A DNA stretch of 44,744 nt from Candidatus Amesbacteria bacterium GW2011_GWC1_47_15 (GTDB taxonomy: Bacteria; Patescibacteriota; Microgenomatia; CAZETR01; Amesbacteraceae), in contig LCNU01000001.1 in assembly GCA_001001375.1 (NCBI GenBank), positions 1 to 44,744 on the forward strand, read 5' to 3'. Below are positions 18,220 to 28,142 of the stretch, piece after piece. Every line of letters begins with the position of its first letter. Positions within the stretch are counted from its first letter, which is position 1. Below the pieces are notes generated by a model. That model was not told the DNA's origin, ran no database searches, and worked only from the letters and a program-made list of their open reading frames with translations. A program made the position numbers and the translations under genes.

Positions 18220-18882
18220 ATGAAAAAAATATTTCCCCTTTTTCTGCTCTCTTCTGGAATCCTGCTTCTTTTGAGCGTTGTCCTCCCGATTTCCGCGTCG
18301 TATCTCCTTTTTGCCCTCAACCCGACACCTGAATTGATAGATCCTACCGCCACTTCCGGCCGGCCGGCTGTTTTCGTAGTATCAGCTATCAGCTTTACCA
18401 CAGTTGACTACACGCGGGCGGCAAACTGGTTTCCTTCACTTCCGCAAGCCGCTCCCCCACCCGAAAGTAAAACCCGTTTTTTCAATCTTTCCATTCCTGA
18501 TTTGGAACTGGAAGATGTCCCTGTCGAAATCAACGGCCAGGATTTGACAAAAAATGCTATCCACTACCCCGGTACTTCTGTACCGGGAGAATATGGTAAT
18601 ACAGTTGTTTTCGGACATTCAGCCCTGCCCCAGTTGTATAAGAAGGGTTCGCCCTTGACCATATTCAACCCCTTGCTGAAAATCAAAGTAGGGAATGAAA
18701 TTATAGTTAAATACGACGGGGTCACGTATCGTTATTTTGTCCGTGATACCCGGGAGGTCAAACCCTCTGCGATCCAGGTAATGGAACAGCGCTTCGATCG
18801 TCGTGAAATCACTCTCATTACTTGTACTCCGCTGGGGACCTACTGGCGCCGGTTTGTTGTCCGCGCGGAAATGGTAGACTAG
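18220..18882 (+). CDS. Sortase-family protein
   Basis: N-terminal TM; HYPGTSVPGEYGNTVVFGHS (His), ITLITCTP (Cys), downstream RFVVRAE (Arg). Confidence 0.9.
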   Translation: MKKIFPLFLLSSGILLLLSVVLPISASYLLFALNPTPELIDPTATSGRPAVFVVSAISFTTVDYTRAANWFPSLPQAAPPPESKTRFFNLSIPDLELEDVPVEINGQDLTKNAIHYPGTSVPGEYGNTVVFGHSALPQLYKKGSPLTIFNPLLKIKVGNEIIVKYDGVTYRYFVRDTREVKPSAIQVMEQRFDRREITLITCTPLGTYWRRFVVRAEMVD

Positions 18883-18890
18883 ATTTTTCC

Positions 18891-19271
18891 ATGAACTATC
18901 TCGGCATCGACTATGGCCTGAAAAAAACCGGGCTGGCAATAGCTGATGGTCCCTTGGCCGAACCGCTTGCAATCGTTGATACGGATACCGTCCTCACATA
19001 TCTCACCCATATCATCGAAAAACTCGGAATAGACGAACTGGTCATCGGCCAGCCGGAAGGTGAAATCGCGCCCCAAGTGCGTAAATTTGCGGATGAAAAA
19101 CTTACCGCCCTGCGCCTGCCGGTGCATGTCGTGGACGAAACACTTTCCTCGGCTGATGCCAGGCGGGCACTCCTTCATACCACTCAGTCCAGAAGAAAGG
19201 CCGGGGAACACGCCGTTGCCGCCGCGCTTATACTTCAATCCTGGCTTGACTCGGATAGACGTAAACTGTAA
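18891..19271 (+). CDS. ruvX: YqgF/RuvX RNase H-like nuclease (putative pre-16S rRNA nuclease)
   Basis: YLGIDYGLKKTGLAIAD, LVIGQP, VDETLSS..A, AVAAALILQSWLD; ATG 18891 preferred. Confidence 0.9.
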   Translation: MNYLGIDYGLKKTGLAIADGPLAEPLAIVDTDTVLTYLTHIIEKLGIDELVIGQPEGEIAPQVRKFADEKLTALRLPVHVVDETLSSADARRALLHTTQSRRKAGEHAVAAALILQSWLDSDRRKL

Positions 19272-19292
19272 AGTCTAGCTAACTAAAAAAAT

Positions 19293-19493
19293 ATGTTTAG
19301 AAACGTCATTGCTCCCGTACAAGCCTGGCTGCTTTCCCAGGGGCGTTGCGTCGGCTGTGGGACCGAACTGGAAACCGGTAAAAAAACAAAACACGAGAAA
19401 GGTGAGAAAATTACCTGTTCCAAATGCGGCCGGATATTTATCAAGGAATCTCCATCCGGTAAATACCGCCGGGCCCTCTTTGAAGAAGTGTGA
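19293..19493 (+). CDS. Small zinc-ribbon protein (66 aa)
   Basis: CVGC and CSKC Cys pairs; GTGA overlap with mltG. Confidence 0.75.
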   Translation: MFRNVIAPVQAWLLSQGRCVGCGTELETGKKTKHEKGEKITCSKCGRIFIKESPSGKYRRALFEEV

Positions 19494-20464
19494 GAAAACT
19501 TCTCCTTTTTGTTCTTATCACGTTAATTTCTGTTCTCGTTATTACCAGCGGGGCTTATTTTTGGTGGCGAGGTGCTCTGCAGCCGGTCTCAGGCCAAAAG
19601 TCTTCCGTCTCATTTGTCATAGCTTCCAATGAATCTGCCTCTTCTGTCACTGACCGTCTGCAGACAAGTGGCCTCATCCGTTCTTCAATGGCATCTAAAA
19701 TATACCTAAAGGCCAGGGGATTGGAGTCCAGTCTTCGCCCCGGCGGATATCTCTTGTCACCTTCCGATTCCGCCTCTGTCATTCTTTCCGCTCTCATTTC
19801 CGGTCCGAAAGATATTTGGGTGACAATCCCCGAAGGATGGCGCCGGGAACAAATCGCCCTTCGCCTGTCTGAGTCCCTTTCTTCCGGCCCGGGAAATTTT
19901 TCTTACGAGGATTTTCTCGAGCGGACGGAACAGTTGGAAGGCCGGCTTTTCCCGGATACTTATCTTATTCCCCTTCATGCTGGGACAACCGATATTATCA
20001 AAATGATGACGGACAATTTTGATCTCAAAACAGGTTTGAAAATGCCGGCCGATATGGATATTTTGATTCTCGCCTCGCTTGTTGAACGGGAGGTGAAAAA
20101 AAATGAAGACCGGCCGGTAATTTCCGGGATTCTGTCAAACCGTTTGAGGGCCGGCTGGCCGCTTCAGGTGGATGCCTCGGTCCAATTTACCTCAGACAAT
20201 ATCCGCTGCAGCCTTTCGCCTCACGATTGTGTCTGGTGGCGCCCTGTAGAGTCTACCCGGCTCCCCTCGTTATTCAATACATATCTCCATCTCGGCTTGC
20301 CGCCCGCGCCGATTGCTAACCCTGGTTTGGCCTCAATTACTGCCGCCCGCAGTCCGGCTGTCACTCCATTCTGGTACTATCTCACCGGAAGTGACGGGCA
20401 AATGTATTATGGAAGGACATTGTCAGAGCACAATTCAAATATTGACAAATACCTTCGCCCCTGA
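19490..20464 (+). CDS. mltG: Endolytic transglycosylase MltG (YceG)
   Basis: N-terminal TM, VTIPEGWRREQIA, LEGRLFPDTY, LASLVERE, NRL..GWPLQVDA, FNTY...GLPPAPIANPG. Confidence 0.93.
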   Translation: MRKLLLFVLITLISVLVITSGAYFWWRGALQPVSGQKSSVSFVIASNESASSVTDRLQTSGLIRSSMASKIYLKARGLESSLRPGGYLLSPSDSASVILSALISGPKDIWVTIPEGWRREQIALRLSESLSSGPGNFSYEDFLERTEQLEGRLFPDTYLIPLHAGTTDIIKMMTDNFDLKTGLKMPADMDILILASLVEREVKKNEDRPVISGILSNRLRAGWPLQVDASVQFTSDNIRCSLSPHDCVWWRPVESTRLPSLFNTYLHLGLPPAPIANPGLASITAARSPAVTPFWYYLTGSDGQMYYGRTLSEHNSNIDKYLRP

Positions 20465-20470
20465 TATAAA
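20442..20470 (+). promoter_or_regulatory. Near-consensus promoter of rpoBC
   Basis: TTGACA (20442-20447), 17-nt spacer, TG-extended TATAAA (20465-20470). Confidence 0.7.
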
Positions 20471-20571
20471 AAGGATTAGTTCGAGTAGGCGGTTTAAATA
20501 AGCCGGCAGTTTTTTGCGCCCACAGCGCCTTTTTGTTTTTTCTAGAAATCTCCCGCCCTCACTCTAATCCG

Positions 20572-23500
20572 ATGCCATCGCCCACACGCTTATACTGGGG
20601 TAAAAAATACTCCAACCTTCCCAAACTGCAACTCAACCGGGTTCAACTCGATTCCTGGCAGTGGTTTTTGCAGGTTGGCATACCCGACGCAATTTCAGAA
20701 ATTACTCCCGTCGAAGATTTTACCGGCAAAAATTGGATCCTCGAATTTTCCCGCCACTCGGTGGAAAAGCCCTCTCTCACTCCTCAATACGCCCTGCAAA
20801 AAGGTCTCACTTATGCATCTGCCCTTCGGGTCGCGGCCAAATTGACCAATCGTCAGACTGGTAAAGAGACACAGGGAGAGGTCTTTTTGGGAGATATTCC
20901 CCAAATGACCGATCGCGGTACATTTATTATAAATGGAGTCGAAAGAGCGGTCATTAACCAGATTGTCCGTTCTCCCGGTGTATATTTCGGCGCCGAATTG
21001 GATGCCGCTTCCGGCCGCCTCCTGCACACCGCGGAATTGCGGCCTGTCCGCGGTACGTGGTTGGAATTTGAAATTTCCCGGGGGGATGTCATCTCAGTCC
21101 GCATCGACCGTCGCCGCAAGTTTGTAGTTACCACCCTCCTGCGGGCTGTGGGTTTGGCAGAAAATGACCAGATGCTGCAATTTTTTTCCGAAGCGGATGC
21201 CGACGCCGCGCATCATTATCTTGAGAGCACCTTGGCCAAGGACACCACCCGCACGACTGAAGAAGCCCTGGTGGAGATATACAAAAAAATGCGCCCCGGA
21301 GAACCAATTGTTTTAGAAAATGCCCAAAAGCTGATTTTTGATCTGTTCTTCAACCCCCGCCGCTATGATTTAGGCAAAGTCGGCCGTTATAAATTGAACA
21401 AGCGGCTCGATATGCAGACAGACGCCTCCGTTCTGACACGGGATGATTTAATCTACACCGTCCGCTATCTTATTGGTCTGCAAAACGGCCATGGTCGGAT
21501 AGACGACATCGACCACTTGGGCAACCGCCGTGTCCGGCGTGTGGGAGAACTGGTTACTCAGACTGCTTTTAGAGACGGCCTTTTGCGTCTTGAAAGAGCT
21601 ATCAAGGAAAAGATGAGCCTGGTTTCCACCGAAGATTTGGTTACACCCGGACAATTGGTCAACGCCAGGCCGGTTATCGCTTCAATAAATGAATTTTTCA
21701 GAAGCTCCCAACTGTCACAGATATTGGAACAGACAAATCCTCTGTCGGAAATAGACCACTTGCGCCGGTTAACTGTTATGGGCCGGGGTGGTATCACCAG
21801 GGAACGGGCATCTTTCAGCATCAGGGACGTCAACAGCAGTCAATACGGTCGTATCGACCCCGTTCGGTCTCCGGAAGGAGCCAATATCGGATTGGTTACT
21901 TATCTGTCTTTATATTCCCGCGTCAATGAATACGGTTTCCTGGAAGCGCCTTACCGTAAACTGATCAAGGAAAAATCCGGTGGTAAAACCAGGGTAAAAG
22001 TCAGCGACGAACTGATTTACCTTACCGCGGACGATGAAGAAACGTATCATGTCAGCCATAGCGACATTCACTTGGATGATAAAGGTTATATCGTTGAAAA
22101 CTGGCTCCCGATCCGTTATCAGGGAAATTTTTCCGAAGGACCGGTGGAATCAGTTGATTTGATCGATTCAGTACCTCGCCAGGTAGTGGGCACATCGGCC
22201 TCACTCATTCCCTTCCTGGCCAACGACGCGGCAAACAGGGCCCTGATGGGTGCCAACATGCAGACTCAAGCGGTTCCGCTGCTTAAGGCAGAAAGCCCCG
22301 TTGTTGGTACCGGGATGGAAAAACAGGTGGCAGCTGCTATGGGTTGGTGTGTTTACGCTCGACATTCAGGCACGGTTACTTATGTAGACGGTAAAAAAGT
22401 AGTCATCAAGCTGGATAAAAAGCCGGAGCACGTTGAGCCGGATGAAAATATTACTGTCAAAGGGGATCTCGAAACCTACGCCCTGATTAAGTTCAAACGC
22501 ACATCGCAAAGCTCAAGTTTTAACCAGCAGCCGGTAGTCACACTCGGTCGGAAAGTAGCGGCAGGGGATTTGATTATTGATGGTCCCTCGGCCGAAAATG
22601 GTGAACTAGCTCTCGGGCAAAACTTAGTTATTGCGTACGCTTCCTTCGAAGGACTTGGTTATGAAGACGCCATTGTCATTTCCGACCGTTTGGTTACAGA
22701 CGATCTTCTTACCTCGATCCATATCGAAGAATACGAGGCAGATGTGGTGGATACCAAACTGGGCCCCGAAGAGCTGACCCGCGATATCCCCAATATCGGT
22801 GAAATGTATCTGGCCAATTTAGACTCGGAAGGCATAGTCACTGTGGGGTCTGAGGTGGGTCCTAATGATATCTTGGTAGGAAAGATTGCCCCCAAAGGGG
22901 AGACCGAACTTTCCGCCGAAGAAAGACTGCTGCGTGCGATTTTTGGAGAAAAAGCCCGTGATGTCAGAGATACGTCTCTGCGTATGCCTCACGGAGAACG
23001 GGGAATAGTCGTTGAGATTTCGGTGCTGGATCGGGATGCCGGAGACGAACTGCCGCCTGGTGTAAACAAGCGGGTTACTGTAAAAGTTGCCCAGATCCGC
23101 AAAATCAGCGTAGGAGACAAACTGGCCGGGAGGCATGGAAATAAAGGTGTTATCAGCCGTATTGTACCTGTGGCCGATATGCCTTATCTGCCGGACGGTA
23201 CTCCTATTGATGTCATGATTTCACCCCTGTCTGTCTTGGCGCGTATGAATCTGGGTCAGTTGCTTGAAGCCCGTCTTGGTTGGGCGGAAAAAGTATTGGG
23301 CCGCAAAGTTGCTGTCCCCGTTTTCGAAAAAATTCCGGAAGAACAGATCGCTGCCGAAATGAAATCCGCAGGCTTGCCGGTAAGCGGCAAGATCACTCTC
23401 ACTGATGGCCGCACCGGCCTTCCTTATGAAGAGCCTACCGTGGTTGGTATAGGCTATATTCTCAAGCTGCATCACATGGTGGAGGACAAGACTCACGCCC

Positions 23501-23916
23501 GCTCCACCGGACCTTATTCCTTGGTTACTCAGCAGCCTCTCGGCGGTAAAGCCCAGATGGGTGGACAACGCCTCGGGGAGATGGAAGTGTGGGCGTTGGA
23601 AGCTCATAAGGCAGCTCATACTCTCCAGGAAATGCTGACTATCAAATCGGACGATGTGATAGGCCGTGCAAAAGCCTTCGAAGCAATAGTTAAAGGCACA
23701 GAAATTCCTACCAGTTCTGTTCCCGAGTCGTTTAATGTGTTGGTTAAGGAACTTCAAAGCTTGGGGTTGCAGGTCAACCCCCTTGGTGTTAAGGTCAAAC
23801 CCGCCGATGACGCTGCACTTGCCTCTGCTGCTGCTCCTATCACGGATGATGCGGCTGTCCTGGTTCCTACAGAAGAAACAATTATCAAAGAGGATTTATC
23901 TGAGAGTGAAGTTTAA
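20572..23916 (+). CDS. rpoB: RNA polymerase beta subunit
   Basis: GTFIINGVER, DDIDHLGNRR, GDKLAGRHGNKGV, HARSTGPYSLVTQQPLGGKAQ, GEMEVWALEA; ATG 20572 preferred over TTG 20533. Confidence 0.99.
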   Translation: MPSPTRLYWGKKYSNLPKLQLNRVQLDSWQWFLQVGIPDAISEITPVEDFTGKNWILEFSRHSVEKPSLTPQYALQKGLTYASALRVAAKLTNRQTGKETQGEVFLGDIPQMTDRGTFIINGVERAVINQIVRSPGVYFGAELDAASGRLLHTAELRPVRGTWLEFEISRGDVISVRIDRRRKFVVTTLLRAVGLAENDQMLQFFSEADADAAHHYLESTLAKDTTRTTEEALVEIYKKMRPGEPIVLENAQKLIFDLFFNPRRYDLGKVGRYKLNKRLDMQTDASVLTRDDLIYTVRYLIGLQNGHGRIDDIDHLGNRRVRRVGELVTQTAFRDGLLRLERAIKEKMSLVSTEDLVTPGQLVNARPVIASINEFFRSSQLSQILEQTNPLSEIDHLRRLTVMGRGGITRERASFSIRDVNSSQYGRIDPVRSPEGANIGLVTYLSLYSRVNEYGFLEAPYRKLIKEKSGGKTRVKVSDELIYLTADDEETYHVSHSDIHLDDKGYIVENWLPIRYQGNFSEGPVESVDLIDSVPRQVVGTSASLIPFLANDAANRALMGANMQTQAVPLLKAESPVVGTGMEKQVAAAMGWCVYARHSGTVTYVDGKKVVIKLDKKPEHVEPDENITVKGDLETYALIKFKRTSQSSSFNQQPVVTLGRKVAAGDLIIDGPSAENGELALGQNLVIAYASFEGLGYEDAIVISDRLVTDDLLTSIHIEEYEADVVDTKLGPEELTRDIPNIGEMYLANLDSEGIVTVGSEVGPNDILVGKIAPKGETELSAEERLLRAIFGEKARDVRDTSLRMPHGERGIVVEISVLDRDAGDELPPGVNKRVTVKVAQIRKISVGDKLAGRHGNKGVISRIVPVADMPYLPDGTPIDVMISPLSVLARMNLGQLLEARLGWAEKVLGRKVAVPVFEKIPEEQIAAEMKSAGLPVSGKITLTDGRTGLPYEEPTVVGIGYILKLHHMVEDKTHARSTGPYSLVTQQPLGGKAQMGGQRLGEMEVWALEAHKAAHTLQEMLTIKSDDVIGRAKAFEAIVKGTEIPTSSVPESFNVLVKELQSLGLQVNPLGVKVKPADDAALASAAAPITDDAAVLVPTEETIIKEDLSESEV

Positions 23917-23928
23917 TTTTGAATAATT

Positions 23929-26900
23929 ATGGCCAAAACAGACAACCATCAGGATAATTTTAAAAATATTTTCGACTTTTCTGCCCTGCAGATCAAACTG
24001 GCTTCACCGGATATAATCAAGTCCTGGTCTTACGGTGAAGTCACCAAGCCGGAAACCATCAACTACCGTACGCTTCGTCCCGAAAAGGACGGACTCTTTG
24101 ATGAACGCATATTTGGTCCCGTAAAAGACTGGGAATGTTACTGCGGTAAATACAAAAGGATTCGTTACAAAGGCATTGTTTGTGATAAATGCGGTGTGGA
24201 AGTTACCCATTCCCGGGTTAGGCGTGAACGCATGGGGCATATAACCTTGGCCACTCCGATTTCTCATGTCTGGTTCTTTAAAGGTGCCCCTTCCCGCTTG
24301 TCTTTGCTTTTGGATGTTTCTCCCAAAGCTCTCGAATCGGTTATATATTTTGCCCAGTACATGGTAACGTCAGTTGACGCTCCCGGACAGACCAAGACTC
24401 TGGAACGCCTACGCAAGGAAGCGGTTCAGAAAAAAGAAGCCCTTAAAAACGACTTTTCCGCCCGCCGGTCCGTGATAGAAAAGGAATCGGAACAGGAAAA
24501 ATCAGCTCTGGAGAAACAAAACCTGAGTGAAGATTCCCGGGCATTGGCTCTCGATCAGTTAAATCTCAAGACCAAACAGCAGCTGCAGGCACTTGTCGAC
24601 CAGGAAAATACCGAAACTGAAAAAACAGCCAGTCTATACCAAAAACTCCTTGATATCGCTGAAAATATTCACCCAGCCGCCATTCTGACAGAGGAGGAAT
24701 ACGCCAAATTGTCAGAGTATGACGCTCTGGACTTTGCCTCCGTCGGCATGGGTGCGGAAGCCATCTTAAATGTCATCAAAGAGTTGGATTTGGGCCAGCT
24801 TTGCAGTGATCTGCGTCAGGAAGTATCTACTTCCACCGGTCAGCGGCATATCAAAGCTACTAAGCGCCTGAGGGTGGCGGACGGTCTGCGTCGTTCAAAT
24901 ATAGATCCCGTATGGATGATCCTGAAAATCCTGCCTGTAATTCCTCCGGATCTGCGGCCGATGGTTCAGCTTTCAGGGGGCCGTTTTGCGACTTCGGATC
25001 TGAATGACTTGTACCGCCGGGTGATTAACCGCAACAATCGGTTAAAGCACCTGATAGACTTAGGAGCCCCTGAAATTATCCTCAGGAACGAAAAGCGCAT
25101 GCTGCAGGAGGCGGTGGATGCTCTTATCGACTCCTCCCAGCGAGGGACCAGAACCTCGCGTCTCCCGGCTCAGGCCCACTCAAAATCGCTGTCGGACATT
25201 TTGCGGGGTAAACAAGGCCGGTTCCGCCAAAATTTGTTAGGCAAGCGCGTCGATTACTCAGGGCGGTCGGTAATTGTTGTGGGTCCCGAACTCAAAATCA
25301 ATCAATGCGGTCTTCCCAAAGACATGGCCCTGGAAATGTTTAAGCCATTCGTTCTCCGTCAGATGATCGTCGGAGGTCTGGCTCCCAACGTCAAATCAGC
25401 CAAAAATCTGCTTGAATCTAGACCGCCGGAAGTTTTCGATATTCTGGAAGACATTACCAAAAACCACCCTATTCTTTTAAATCGTGCGCCTACTTTGCAT
25501 AAATTGTCTATCCAGGCGTTTTATCCCTTGCTGATTGAAGGCTCGGCCATCAAGATCCATCCCTGTATCTGCGCCGGCTTCAATGCCGACTTTGATGGAG
25601 ACCAGATGGCGGTGCACGTACCCCTGAGCCAGGAATCCATGGCCGAAGTCAGGGAGTTAATGATGCCGGAAACAAACCTCAGGAAACCCGCGGACGGAAC
25701 TCCGATTTCCATCCCGGCGACCAAGGAAATGGCTTTGGGGAATTACTATCTGACCTCAATTGATCCGCGGTTGGAAGCCTACCCCTCTATATTCGCTTCC
25801 GGTGAAGAAGCTATTCTCGCGTACCACCTCGAACAGCTTAAACTGCGCCAGATCATAAAAGTCCGTCTCGAAGGCCAAATTATCGAATCCTCGGTCGGCC
25901 GCCTGCTGTTTAACGAAATTCTGCCTGTGGAGCTTCGTTTTATTAATGAGCCGATCCGCCGCTCAACCGTGGTCAGTCTCTTCAATAAAGCCTTCAAGCT
26001 TTACGACACGGATGTGATAGTGAAACTAATAGACGACATCAAATCCCTCGGGTTTTGGGCAGGTACCCTTTCTGGCTTGTCAGTCAGCATCACCGACAGT
26101 ATCATCTCCCCCGAAAAAGATGAAATCATTGCTGGTGCCAATCAGCGCGTTGCCGAGCATGAAGCCAATTATTCGATGGGACTTATCACCCTCGAGGAAA
26201 AAAAGCGGTTGGCCCAGGAAGTCTGGCTGGAAACTACCGAAACCCTGGCGGACGCCACCTGGAAATTGTTTGATGCCACCAATCCTATTCGGTTGATCAT
26301 AGACGCCCAGGTCGGAAAAGCCTCCCGTGAACAGGTTCGTCAATTGTCCGCCATGCGGGGGTTGGTAGTCGATCCTCTTGGGCGGATTGTAGACTTGCCC
26401 CTAAAAAGCAACTACCGTCAGGGATTTTCCACTTTTGAATACGTTTCCGCCGCCCGCGGGGAGCGCAAAGGGCTTTCCGATACTGCTATCCGTACTGCCG
26501 ATGCCGGTTATCTGACCCGCCGTCTTGTAGATGTAGCCCACGACGCTATTGTACGTCAAGTTGATTGCGGTACTACCTCCGGCCTGATAATTTCCAAGGC
26601 AGGCCGCAGAGCAAAAGCCTTCTCCGCCCGGATCTTTGGCAGAGTGACTGCCTCTGCGATTAACCTCCCCAAGTCTCATTCCGTACTCTTTCCTGCCGGC
26701 ACTCTACTGGACGAAGAAAAAGTAAATAAAATAATCGAATCGGGTGTGGAAGAAATTACCCTCCGTTCGCCTCTTACCTGTAATGCCAGGTACGGTATTT
26801 GCGCCATTTGTTATGGCTGGAATCTTAGTACCATGTCTATGGCTGTGGTTGGAGATCCGGTAGGCGTCATTGCCGCCCAAAGCATTGGTGAACCCGGTAC

Positions 26901-27663
26901 ACAGATGACCTTGCATGGTAAACGCGGAGGTTTATCAGTAGGCAGCATCGATGTTACCCAGGGATTGCCTCGGGTGGAAGAATTGTTTGAGGCTCGTACC
27001 CCCAAACTCGTCTCTCCGCTCGCAGAAATCTCCGGAAAAGTCGAAGTTGTCGAGACCGACGAAGGTTACAAAGTCAGGATCAGAAACACGACTGTCAAAC
27101 CGGTAGAAGAGCGTGAATACATAATCCCTCTGACCGCTGAGTTGAAAGTCTCAGACGGCGGTCTGGTGACTGCCGGCACTCAGCTGGCCACAGGGTCTCT
27201 GGACATCAAGGAAGTATTAGAAGTCCGGGGATTGCGGGGAGCCCAGGAATATCTCATCGAGGAAATCCAGCTTGTTTACGAGTCCCAGGGTGTTCCTATT
27301 CACGATAAGCACTTTGAGGTTATCGTCCGAAGAATGAGCGACCGGGTTCGTATTCTCTCCCAGGGTGATACCACTCTTCTGCCGGGAGACATAATTGACC
27401 GCAGCGCTTTCGAATCCGAAAACTCCAAAGTCCTGGCAGCGGGTGGTGAACCGGCCTCCGCCCAGGTAGTAGTTTTGGGCATTACCCGGGCGGCTCTCAA
27501 GACCGGTTCCTGGCTGTCAGCCGCTTCCTTTATCGAAACCACTTCCCAGTTGGCGGACGCCGCCGTTGAAGGCCGCATAGATCCGCTTCTGGGTCTTAAG
27601 GAAAACGTGATCATCGGCCGCCTTATACCCACAAGTCCCGACCGTGCCGAAATCAATCTATGA
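23929..27663 (+). CDS. rpoC: RNA polymerase beta' subunit
   Basis: ECYCGKYK...CDKC zinc finger, [43 protein letters not shown]. Confidence 0.99.
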   Translation: MAKTDNHQDNFKNIFDFSALQIKLASPDIIKSWSYGEVTKPETINYRTLRPEKDGLFDERIFGPVKDWECYCGKYKRIRYKGIVCDKCGVEVTHSRVRRERMGHITLATPISHVWFFKGAPSRLSLLLDVSPKALESVIYFAQYMVTSVDAPGQTKTLERLRKEAVQKKEALKNDFSARRSVIEKESEQEKSALEKQNLSEDSRALALDQLNLKTKQQLQALVDQENTETEKTASLYQKLLDIAENIHPAAILTEEEYAKLSEYDALDFASVGMGAEAILNVIKELDLGQLCSDLRQEVSTSTGQRHIKATKRLRVADGLRRSNIDPVWMILKILPVIPPDLRPMVQLSGGRFATSDLNDLYRRVINRNNRLKHLIDLGAPEIILRNEKRMLQEAVDALIDSSQRGTRTSRLPAQAHSKSLSDILRGKQGRFRQNLLGKRVDYSGRSVIVVGPELKINQCGLPKDMALEMFKPFVLRQMIVGGLAPNVKSAKNLLESRPPEVFDILEDITKNHPILLNRAPTLHKLSIQAFYPLLIEGSAIKIHPCICAGFNADFDGDQMAVHVPLSQESMAEVRELMMPETNLRKPADGTPISIPATKEMALGNYYLTSIDPRLEAYPSIFASGEEAILAYHLEQLKLRQIIKVRLEGQIIESSVGRLLFNEILPVELRFINEPIRRSTVVSLFNKAFKLYDTDVIVKLIDDIKSLGFWAGTLSGLSVSITDSIISPEKDEIIAGANQRVAEHEANYSMGLITLEEKKRLAQEVWLETTETLADATWKLFDATNPIRLIIDAQVGKASREQVRQLSAMRGLVVDPLGRIVDLPLKSNYRQGFSTFEYVSAARGERKGLSDTAIRTADAGYLTRRLVDVAHDAIVRQVDCGTTSGLIISKAGRRAKAFSARIFGRVTASAINLPKSHSVLFPAGTLLDEEKVNKIIESGVEEITLRSPLTCNARYGICAICYGWNLSTMSMAVVGDPVGVIAAQSIGEPGTQMTLHGKRGGLSVGSIDVTQGLPRVEELFEARTPKLVSPLAEISGKVEVVETDEGYKVRIRNTTVKPVEEREYIIPLTAELKVSDGGLVTAGTQLATGSLDIKEVLEVRGLRGAQEYLIEEIQLVYESQGVPIHDKHFEVIVRRMSDRVRILSQGDTTLLPGDIIDRSAFESENSKVLAAGGEPASAQVVVLGITRAALKTGSWLSAASFIETTSQLADAAVEGRIDPLLGLKENVIIGRLIPTSPDRAEINL

Positions 27664-27678
27664 TTTGAGGCTAATTTC

Positions 27679-27687
27679 TGGTAAAAT
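27679..27687 (+). promoter_or_regulatory. Extended -10 element (TGgTAAAAT) upstream of rpsL
   Basis: TG at 27679-27680, TAAAAT at 27682-27687, 15 nt before the ATG. Confidence 0.5.
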
Positions 27688-27702
27688 TACTCGTTTGAAC
27701 TT

Positions 27703-28137
27703 ATGCCCACATTAAACCAGCTGATCCGTAAAAAACGCAAAATCAAAGAAAAAAAGGTGAGGGCCACAGCCATGCGCCGGTCATTTAATGCCAAAGACAG
27801 GAACTTTGTGTCAAACAATAATCCCTTCAAGCGGGGAGTGGTTACTCTGGTCCGCACCATGACACCCCGGAAACCAAATTCAGCACTGCGTAAAGTTGCC
27901 CGCGTCCGCCTGTCAAATAAAACGGAAGTTACCGCCTATATTCCGGGAATCGGCCACAACATTGCGGAGCACGCAATCGTTCTGGTCCGTGGTGGTCGGG
28001 TCAAAGATCTCCCCGGTGTCAAATATCATATTGTCCGTGGCAAATATGACGCGTCCGGGGTGGAAAGCCGCCGTCAGGGGCGGTCCCGTTATGGTCGTAA
28101 AGTTACTTCAGGTCCTTCCACTGCCGCAGCCTCCTAA
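27703..28137 (+). CDS. rpsL: 30S ribosomal protein S12
   Basis: [41 protein letters not shown]. Confidence 0.99.
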   Translation: MPTLNQLIRKKRKIKEKKVRATAMRRSFNAKDRNFVSNNNPFKRGVVTLVRTMTPRKPNSALRKVARVRLSNKTEVTAYIPGIGHNIAEHAIVLVRGGRVKDLPGVKYHIVRGKYDASGVESRRQGRSRYGRKVTSGPSTAAAS

Positions 28138-28142
28138 ACTCT

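Noticed and set aside
24370-24680. Possible intein in the RpoC N-terminal region
   Set aside because: The insert is a charged coiled coil with no Cys/Ser start or His-Asn end; it resembles a lineage-specific beta' insertion
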